Source of the DNA: an uncultured Candidatus Saccharibacteria bacterium
GTDB taxonomy: Bacteria > Patescibacteriota > Saccharimonadia > Saccharimonadales > JAGQNJ01
DNA: 64,000 nt
Direction of reading: 5' to 3'
Assembly: GCA_964491925.1 (NCBI GenBank)
Contig: CAZBGZ010000001.1
Coordinates: forward strand, 64,701-128,700
Part shown: positions 49,076 through 54,963 of the stretch, piece by piece
Layout: each line of letters opens with the position of its first letter
Numbering within the stretch: the stretch's first letter is position 1
Made by a program: the position numbers and the translations under genes
Notes under the pieces: model-generated
The model's database searches: none
Told to the model about the DNA's origin: nothing
What the model saw: the letters and a program-made list of their open reading frames with translations, nothing else

Positions 49076-50541
49076 GACTGCTCTAATTCTATAACTTTTG
49101 TAATACGCAGTGTATCAACAAAGTAGTTGTCGTGTGAGGCAACCAGTAATGCTCCTTCGTACTCCTGCAGCGCCACTTCTATTTGTTCACGGGTAGCAAT
49201 ATCGAGATGGTTTGTAGGTTCATCGAGAATTAAGAGTTGGTGAGCACCAAGTAGTAGTTTGGCAAAACCGAGTTTCGCCTGTTGGCCACGAGATAGTTCG
49301 CTCACCTTTTTCTTTAAGTCTTGTTTTGTCAGCCCTAAACTTCGTGTTTCCCTAAAAAGAGCAGTCGGATCAGATAGATAGTCCTGTAGATTCTCCAATG
49401 CAGTACGATTATGGTCTAAGCCGTCGACATCCTGCGAGAAATAGCCAATGCTGACGTCTGTCCCAATAGTAACCTGGCCTTTGGTGGGCTGTTCTATTCC
49501 TGCAGCAATCTTCAATAATGTGGTTTTTCCACTCCCGTTGTTACCAGCAATACGCAACCGTTCATTGCCACGGAGCTCAAAGCTAATACCATCTAACACT
49601 AATGCGGAGAAACTTTTATGGATGTCACTTAAACGAAGGAGAAGCTTTTGGCTAGACACCTCACCTGGCAAGACTACTTTGTAGCTCCGAAGCGTTTCGG
49701 GACGTTCAATATCTTCCAGTTGCTCCAGACGCTTCTCCAAAGCACGAGCTTGCTGACCAAACTTGTTTGTCACTCGATTCCTGAAGAAGTCCCGCTGATA
49801 TTTATCACCGTCCGCACGCTTAATGTGTTTATGCGTGTGTTGTCCTTGCTCACGTTGCTGATCAATAGCTTTGTTCAGCCTTTGACGCTCCTCGATATTC
49901 TTCTCATACCGTTCTAGCTCGCTACGGCGCTCTATGTCCCTCCGTTCAAGGTAGAAGTCGTAGTTACCGCCATACTGTCTCAGTTTACCGTCTTTAAGCT
50001 CGACCACTTTCGTAGCAACCTGGTTGATGAAAGCTCGATCATGACTAACCAGCAGCACCGCACCGCGATACGACTTAATGAAGTTTCTCAGCCAGTGTAG
50101 TCCGCTTGCATCCAGATTATTAGTTGGCTCATCTAAAAGCAGGGTAGTTGGTTCAGGTTTGCTAGACAATACAATAGCAAGTGCTAAACGTGTTCGTTGC
50201 CCGCCACTGAGGGACTTTGTCGACGTGTCTAGAACTACGTTTAAACCGACCCGAGAAAGGGCGTAGTTAACCTGCCACTCTTCAGCAGCCGAGCTAAAAC
50301 TTTCGTGGACTGTTCTACCCAAAGTCGCTTCCTGTGGCACATAGCCAATAACTTCCCCGTTGAGATCTAAGTGGCCACTATCTGGCTTGGTTGCGCCTAA
50401 CAGTACTTGAAGCAAGGTTGTTTTTCCAGCTCCGTTACCACCAATAAGAGCAACTACCTCACCAGTGTTTACTGACAGGCTAATGTCGTCCAAAACAGTC
50501 TTGCCTAAGAAAGACTTGTGTATATGACGAAATGTGAACAT
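49072..50541 (-). CDS. ABC-F ATPase, likely antibiotic-resistance (ARE) type ribosomal protection protein
   Basis: Two ABC cassettes (GGNGAGKTT/LSGGQRTR/LLLDEPTN and GNNGSGKTT/LSRGQQAK/LILDEPTN) with no TM domain. They are joined by a charged linker. Length is about 489 aa, and a leader peptide plus terminator lie upstream. Confidence 0.75.
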   Translation of the reverse strand: MFTFRHIHKSFLGKTVLDDISLSVNTGEVVALIGGNGAGKTTLLQVLLGATKPDSGHLDLNGEVIGYVPQEATLGRTVHESFSSAAEEWQVNYALSRVGLNVVLDTSTKSLSGGQRTRLALAIVLSSKPEPTTLLLDEPTNNLDASGLHWLRNFIKSYRGAVLLVSHDRAFINQVATKVVELKDGKLRQYGGNYDFYLERRDIERRSELERYEKNIEERQRLNKAIDQQREQGQHTHKHIKRADGDKYQRDFFRNRVTNKFGQQARALEKRLEQLEDIERPETLRSYKVVLPGEVSSQKLLLRLSDIHKSFSALVLDGISFELRGNERLRIAGNNGSGKTTLLKIAAGIEQPTKGQVTIGTDVSIGYFSQDVDGLDHNRTALENLQDYLSDPTALFRETRSLGLTKQDLKKKVSELSRGQQAKLGFAKLLLGAHQLLILDEPTNHLDIATREQIEVALQEYEGALLVASHDNYFVDTLRITKVIELEQS

Positions 50542-50554
50542 ATTTTCTCCTAAC

Positions 50555-50601
50555 AAAAAACCGAGCATGGCGGGTGGCGAAAGCGTCGCACTTATGCTCG
50601 G
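50555..50601 (-). terminator. leader terminator (attenuator) upstream of the ABC-F gene
   Basis: On the minus strand, CCGAGCAT-(25 nt)-ATGCTCGG followed by T6, ending 13 nt before the ABC-F start codon. Confidence 0.7.
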
Positions 50602-50665
50602 TTAATATCTAAGTTAAGAAATGAAATAATCAATAGCAAAGCTACAGCTCTCGGTGCGACACTTA

Positions 50666-50689
50666 TTAGCGATTGATTATATCTATCAT
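50666..50689 (-). promoter_or_regulatory. 7-codon leader peptide ORF (MIDIINR*) with Shine-Dalgarno AAGGAG
   Basis: ATGATAGATATAATCAATCGCTAA on the minus strand, with AAGGAG (50700-50705) about 10 nt upstream. It sits between the promoter and the terminator. Confidence 0.6.
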
Positions 50690-50717
50690 GTTCTATAAAC
50701 TCCTTTAAGTTTTCTGC

Positions 50718-50746
50718 ATATTACCATAACCGTATAGTTTCGTCAA
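50718..50746 (-). promoter_or_regulatory. sigma70-type promoter abutting repeat C5
   Basis: On the minus strand, TTGACG (50746-50741), a 17 nt spacer, then TAATAT (50723-50718). The -35 box starts immediately after the repeat core CCACCA. Confidence 0.65.
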
Positions 50747-50909
50747 TGGTGGCGATAAAGCGAAGAGTTTTGAACCTTTGTTTAATGTCGTAGAGTGGTT
50801 GATAACCAACCCTGATCCTGCCTGGTCAAAGCAACTCAAAGAAGCAAGCTCAGTGCAATTTGAACAGTGTTGGCGGTGCTAGAAAAGAGTAAGATAAAGG
50901 GCGTTGAAC
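50747..50909 (+). repeat. array repeat copy C5 (frame intact)
   Basis: The frame reads GGDKAKSFEPLFNVVEWLITNPDPAWSKQLKEASSVQFEQCWRC*, plus the tail. Confidence 0.95.
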
Positions 50910-51104
50910 CTATTTGATTGTAGCATTTGGTGTAGGTTGAACTTCTTGTAAACTAGACTGGTCTGGGAATAGAGGTAGTTGACGACCTTCTTCAAGACCT
51001 AGAAGCATTCTACGGGTTCTATTAAAAAGTTCATTGAGACCTTCTTGTGTTGCACCCTCCTCAAAGTGTGTTCCTGCTTCTGCTGAGTCGATAAATATGG
51101 GCAT
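50910..51104 (-). CDS. hypothetical small protein
   Basis: 64 aa, with AGGAG 6 nt upstream of the ATG. No motif recognised. Confidence 0.45.
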   Translation of the reverse strand: MPIFIDSAEAGTHFEEGATQEGLNELFNRTRRMLLGLEEGRQLPLFPDQSSLQEVQPTPNATIK

Positions 51105-51153
51105 TGTAAACTCCTTTTATACTAGGATTTTAACATATCCTCAAGACATTGTC

Positions 51154-51289
51154 TGGTGGCGATAAAGCGAAGAGTTTTGAACCTTTGGCGGGTGTTGTTG
51201 AATGGTTAATTTCTAACCCTATACTTGGCTGAAACTTGCAACTGAAAGAAGTTAAAGATGTTCAAATAAAACAGACTTGGCGCTACTAG
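51154..51289 (+). repeat. array repeat copy C6 (one in-frame TGA)
   Basis: The frame reads GGDKAKSFEPLAGVVEWLISNPILG*NLQLKEVKDVQIKQTWRY*. Confidence 0.95.
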
Positions 51290-51302
51290 ATAGGCCTAAA
51301 CC

Positions 51303-51878
51303 TTAATTGAACTCTGATGGAATATTGAACTGCTTGGTCATTTCTGGACTTGTCATTTGCCCACGGTAGAGGACTAGCCAAGTTTCATTAGCTTTCTTTA
51401 GATAGTATGCCGAGCCGCTGCCATCGGTTGTTCCGTCTTTGCTACATACTGCATTCACGTAGGCAAAGTTTTTATCAGATGAGTATAGAACTTGCTTCTG
51501 ACTTGCACCTGCTGTTCCGACTTTGAGAACTAAAGCCTGTTTAGTATCTGGATCAACAGTAGCATTACAGTACGACTTCACGGCGGCTAGTATTTGCTCG
51601 TCATTTGTCGGGGTTTTTGGGGCAGCAGCTGGCGTTTCTGAAACAGGCTGGGTAGTAGATTGTTGGAGCTTTGTGATTTCTGCCTTGCTAGCATCGAGTT
51701 GGCTTTGAAGGTCTTGGTTTTTACTATTTTGCCAATAGTATAGGCCTCCGAATGCAGCAAGTATCAAAAGAGCTATCCCGAAAGCTAGAATTATCTTCTT
51801 GCCCTTACGATTTGTCTGTGGCGGTTGACTTAAGTTGGTGTTTTGATCAGGTTGAGTTATGTTTTGTTGATTATCCAT
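51303..51878 (-). CDS. hypothetical membrane-anchored extracytoplasmic protein
   Basis: 191 aa with a Q/N-rich N-terminus, one TM helix, a short coiled coil and a C-terminal globular part. Confidence 0.55.
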   Translation of the reverse strand: MDNQQNITQPDQNTNLSQPPQTNRKGKKIILAFGIALLILAAFGGLYYWQNSKNQDLQSQLDASKAEITKLQQSTTQPVSETPAAAPKTPTNDEQILAAVKSYCNATVDPDTKQALVLKVGTAGASQKQVLYSSDKNFAYVNAVCSKDGTTDGSGSAYYLKKANETWLVLYRGQMTSPEMTKQFNIPSEFN

Positions 51879-51924
51879 ATTAGTTATACATTAGCATTTT
51901 ATGGATAAGACGAATAGTACTTTA

Positions 51925-52083
51925 TGTGGCGATAAAGCGAAGACTTTTGAACCTTTAGCTTGTGCCGTTGATTGGCTGATTGCTAACTCCCGCCCTAATT
52001 GTCTTCTATGGCTTGGGTATCAGACAACAACATCAAAAATAGCTGTCAATAATATTATGGCACCTAAGAACGAGGGTTCTTAA
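51925..52083 (+). repeat. array repeat copy C7 (core lacks one triplet; 3' half diverged)
   Basis: TGTGGCGATAAAGCGAAGACTTTTGAACCTTTAGC... The frame reads CGDKAKTFEPLACAVDWLIANS, then unrelated sequence up to a TAA. Confidence 0.9.
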
Positions 52084-52090
52084 TCCGGAC

Positions 52091-52483
52091 TTAGAAAGTG
52101 AAGCATTTTAAAAAGTGCATAGCGAATATAACCAGAAAAATCGATATCTCTACACCAATAACATAAAGAGATGAATAGACTATATTAACCCAAAAACTTT
52201 TTTTCTTAGAGTGATTTGTAAAAAAGAATCCCCCAACCAATATTGTAGAGATACCAATTATCATAGCTTGGTCTAATTTGTAGTAGTAGCTGTAGTCGTA
52301 GGTAACATAAGACCCATTCCTTAAAAACTCTAGTGGCCCCACGCTACATTTTTCAAAATAAATGAGCGTTAAAGGTATGAGTATACCAAAGGCTAATGAC
52401 AATTTTCTTATTAAGCCCATTCGACTCATTATACATAAGCCAATTGTTTTATAAATATATCCTACTATCAAAAAATCCTTCAT
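52091..52483 (-). CDS. hypothetical integral membrane protein
   Basis: ORF trimmed to MKDFLIVGYIYK because the N-terminal extension in the track reads through a tRNA 3'-end fragment. 3-4 TM helices. Confidence 0.5.
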   Translation of the reverse strand: MKDFLIVGYIYKTIGLCIMSRMGLIRKLSLAFGILIPLTLIYFEKCSVGPLEFLRNGSYVTYDYSYYYKLDQAMIIGISTILVGGFFFTNHSKKKSFWVNIVYSSLYVIGVEISIFLVIFAMHFLKCFTF

Positions 52484-52512
52484 AGCTCTAAACAAAGTAG
52501 AGCGACGAAGGA

Positions 52513-52533
52513 TGGTGGGGATGGTAGGATTTG
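52513..52533 (-). repeat. exact 21 nt copy of the tRNA(CAU) 3' end (T-loop to CCA)
   Basis: TGGTGGGGATGGTAGGATTTG is identical to 53773-53793. Confidence 0.95.
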
Positions 52534-52691
52534 CTTTATCTTCCATTAGCGACAAAATGACTAAAGTCATTGCGCATATGGGCAAGTACTTAAAACTCAA
52601 ACAGCCGTACTTGGCTGTTTTCACCTTTCGGTTCAAATCCACAATAACTCACTTCATAATAAAAACACCCAAAAAAGGAGTGATTTTATTA
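52534..52691 (-). repeat. second copy of the ~155 nt tRNA-flank element (inverted relative to 27286-27440)
   Basis: A 31 nt perfect match, 52547-52577 being the reverse complement of 27395-27425 (ATGCGCAATGACTTTAGTCATTTTGTCGCTA). The order of terminator hairpin, inverted T-arm piece and AGCC...GGCT hairpin is collinear with the first copy. Confidence 0.85.
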
Positions 52692-52827
52692 TGGTGGGGA
52701 TTAAGTGAAGACTTTTGAACCTTTCGTTTCTGTCGTTGATTGGCTGATTGCCAACCCCAATCCTGAATGGGGCTTACAGTTAGAAAATGCTTTGAAGGTC
52801 TATATTGACCAGAGTTGGCGGTACTAG
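52692..52827 (+). repeat. array repeat copy C8 (hybrid: exact tRNA acceptor core TGGTGGGGAT; in-frame TAA at codon 4)
   Basis: TGGTGGGGATTAAGTGAAGACTTTTGAACCTTTCG... The frame reads GGD*VKTFEPFVSVVDWLIANPNPEWGLQLENALKVYIDQSWRY*. Confidence 0.95.
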
Positions 52828-53432
52828 CTATTGGATTCTAGGCGATCAAGCTCTTTTTCGATAAGATTAACTGCATGCTCCCAGTCATCGGCACGCCATT
52901 CAATTGAATAGTTATGGCCTGTTTTGTTGTAGGGCTGGGGAATAAGAACCGCGGCCAACCCGTGCTTTGCAGCACTCTCGCAGTACTTTACTGCATCGTC
53001 TACCAGTACTTTTCCTCCAAGTTCCTTTGCAATTTCGCCTTTTTCTCTGTGCATGTCACTAGATGGTTGAGTCGTAAAGTAGACTTCCGATATTAAATCA
53101 CCGAACTGTTCTTCGATGACCCTCTTTGTAGACTCATGAAACATATCATAATTGCGAGATGTTAGAGCTACTATACGTGCTCTCTTTGATAAGCGTTCAA
53201 GTGCTTTCTTTACACCGCTAACCTGACGATATTGTTCTGTTGCGTGTTGGAACTTATGAAACTGGTCTTCTCCGTTGACGATAAACTTTGACTTATCATG
53301 TTCAGCATTAAAATTGAAGATGTCGGAGGCATCATAATTAGCTCCGTGTGTTTGGTTGTAGGCTTTTACTGCATCGACGGGTGTTTCAAATAGAACTCCG
53401 TCAATATCAACCACGACAACTGATTTCTTCAT
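52824..53432 (-). CDS. HAD-superfamily 5'(3')-deoxyribonucleotidase-like hydrolase
   Basis: VVVVDIDGVL (DxDxV/T motif I), ALTSR (motif II) and a VLVDD region. Start trimmed to MKKSVVVV. Confidence 0.65.
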   Translation of the reverse strand: MKKSVVVVDIDGVLFETPVDAVKAYNQTHGANYDASDIFNFNAEHDKSKFIVNGEDQFHKFQHATEQYRQVSGVKKALERLSKRARIVALTSRNYDMFHESTKRVIEEQFGDLISEVYFTTQPSSDMHREKGEIAKELGGKVLVDDAVKYCESAAKHGLAAVLIPQPYNKTGHNYSIEWRADDWEHAVNLIEKELDRLESNS

Positions 53433-53471
53433 AGACTCATCATACCAAAAATGCATCAACAGAGGTATTTA

Positions 53472-53492
53472 TGGTGGGGATGGTAGGATTTG
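53472..53492 (-). repeat. exact 21 nt copy of the tRNA(CAU) 3' end
   Basis: TGGTGGGGATGGTAGGATTTG is identical to 53773-53793 and diverges inside the T-loop. Confidence 0.95.
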
Positions 53493-53772
53493 GTCACATT
53501 CTGCTACCCCGAAACTTCGTGGTATGCAACAAGTTGCATCCAGAAGATTTCCTTGCGGACAGCCACTGGCTATTCTCCCAAAAGTTTCGCATTGCGAACT
53601 TTTCGGCATGCCTCGCCTCGGGCAATAATTTGCGCCGAGGCCCCGGCCTTGCAAAATGCCATTCTAGGCATTTCTCACCTCCGACTTGTTGGGCCCTTCG
53701 ACCTTGCTCAGGGTCATTCGACTAGAAATAGAATCGCCCATGGTTTACCATGAGCGAACGAAGTGAGTCGAA
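53493..53772 (-). other. 280 nt G+C-rich, hairpin-dense non-coding insert between the tRNA and its 3'-end copy
   Basis: Several strong hairpins (TGCAAC-aa-GTTGCA, CCTCGG-N-CCGAGG, AATGCC-attcta-GGCATT, AAAAGTTTCGC-att-GCGAACTTTT). Only short overlapping ORFs with no coding signature. Confidence 0.6.
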
Positions 53773-53848
53773 TGGTGGGGATGGTAGGATTTGAACCTAC
53801 GACCAATCAGTTATGAGCCGACTGCTCTAACCCCTGAGCTACATCCCC
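53773..53848 (-). tRNA. tRNA with CAU anticodon (elongator Met or Ile2-lysidine), CCA encoded; anchor of the cassette array
   Basis: On the minus strand: GGGGATG-TA-GCTC-AGGGGTTA-GAGC-A-GTCGG-CTCATAA-CTGAT-TGGTC-GTAGG-TTCAAAT-CCTAC-CATCCCC-A-CCA. Confidence 0.88.
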
Positions 53849-53906
53849 GCGTCGGTGGTTACTAACAGAGAGGAGTATACCAGACAGTGCGTATTTTGTA
53901 GAGTGT

Positions 53907-54473
53907 TTACTTGTCGCGGGCTCGTTTTAGCGTTGTGGCCCACCAAGTTAAGTTCTTGACCAGTCCTTCAATACTGCCCTTTACATATGTTTCGTCTACG
54001 TTACCTTCTTTGTCTATTGCTGACCATGGCTCTAAAACGCTAACGGTGTTCGCCGATAGCGGCATCATATTAATCTTTGCTGTAATGGCAGCAGTATGTT
54101 CTATTGATCTGGCAGCACCTAGCGTGCCATATCCCACAAAGGCAACTGGTTTTCGGGCCCACTCATGAAAAAGCGTATCTATTGCGTTCTTTAATGGTGC
54201 TGTGGGACCGTTATTATACTCGGCTGCAACAAATACAAAGCCATCGTAGCTATCTATCGTTTTGCTCCACTTCTTTACCACTGGGTTATCGTACTTTCCA
54301 CTCGACGGTGTTTCTGGCTCATTCAAAAAAGGCAAGTCAACTTCCTTCAAATCAACAATTTCAAAATCAATCTCTTTTACATCTTTAACTTTTTCCATAA
54401 ACCAATTTGCCACATGATGTCCGGAACGGGTAGGGCGGGTACTGCTAATTACGACTCCTATTTTTGCACTCAT
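53907..54473 (-). CDS. NADPH-dependent FMN reductase family protein
   Basis: IGVVISSTRPTRSG...FVFVAAEYNNGPTAPLKNAID pattern of the FMN_red family. Confidence 0.75.
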   Translation of the reverse strand: MSAKIGVVISSTRPTRSGHHVANWFMEKVKDVKEIDFEIVDLKEVDLPFLNEPETPSSGKYDNPVVKKWSKTIDSYDGFVFVAAEYNNGPTAPLKNAIDTLFHEWARKPVAFVGYGTLGAARSIEHTAAITAKINMMPLSANTVSVLEPWSAIDKEGNVDETYVKGSIEGLVKNLTWWATTLKRARDK

Positions 54474-54561
54474 ATATTCTCCTAAATCATTAAATTATCT
54501 CTCCAAAACTTCACCTCACTTTACTTAGTATAGTTACTGGCTATATTTTGTAAAGTCTTTT

Positions 54562-54909
54562 TTGTATAATAAATGTATGTTTATAAACAACCCTAGCCTC
54601 AGCACCAGTTGCATGAAGAACGCGCTAAGCATAATCGGAGACAAATGGACTGCCCTAATTCTGTGTGGCCTAAACGACAACTCCCGAACTTTTAGTGAGC
54701 TAGAGCTATCTCTAACATCTATCAGCCCGCGTACCCTTAGCCAGCGACTAGACAAGCTAGAGCGCGAGCAAATAGTAGCCAAAGAAATGTATTGCGAACA
54801 CCCACCGCGTTATCGCTACGGCCTAACTCCTAAAGGCAAAGAGCTAAACGATGTTCTAAACAAAATGAACGATTGGGGCGCAAAATACGCCTGTTTATCA
54901 GATAAATAA
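54562..54909 (+). CDS. HxlR family transcriptional regulator
   Basis: IIGDKWTALILCGL...RTFSELE....ISPRTLSQRLDKLEREQIV winged-helix pattern. Divergent from the reductase gene. Confidence 0.75.
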   Translation: MYNKCMFINNPSLSTSCMKNALSIIGDKWTALILCGLNDNSRTFSELELSLTSISPRTLSQRLDKLEREQIVAKEMYCEHPPRYRYGLTPKGKELNDVLNKMNDWGAKYACLSDK

Positions 54910-54963
54910 AAAAACAAGCCAAAAATCCTCTCAACTAGAGAATAGTTCTTTAGAAGAGAAGTG

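Noticed and set aside
52484-52642. N-terminal 53 aa of the 183-aa ORF at 52091-52642
   Set aside because: The extension translates straight through a perfect tRNA 3'-end copy and part of the tRNA-flank element. The gene was trimmed to the internal Met at 52483.
45218-52827. Regularly recurring repeats, considered as a CRISPR array
   Set aside because: The repeat units are 135-165 bp and the intervening segments are 0.25-2.2 kb and hold full genes with promoters. No cas genes are present and no short palindromic repeats are visible.
53469-53753. Three overlapping 61-87 aa ORFs in the G+C-rich spacer next to the tRNA
   Set aside because: They overlap each other in different frames and have Cys/Arg/Pro-rich, low-complexity products. 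They sit in hairpin-dense sequence flanked by tRNA repeats, so the region is treated as non-coding.
45218-53848. Classical integron (intI, attI and attC cassettes)
   Set aside because: No IntI-like tyrosine recombinase ORF is present in the window. The repeats are not imperfect palindromes with R/L boxes. The cassettes carry their own promoters. The resemblance is only architectural.
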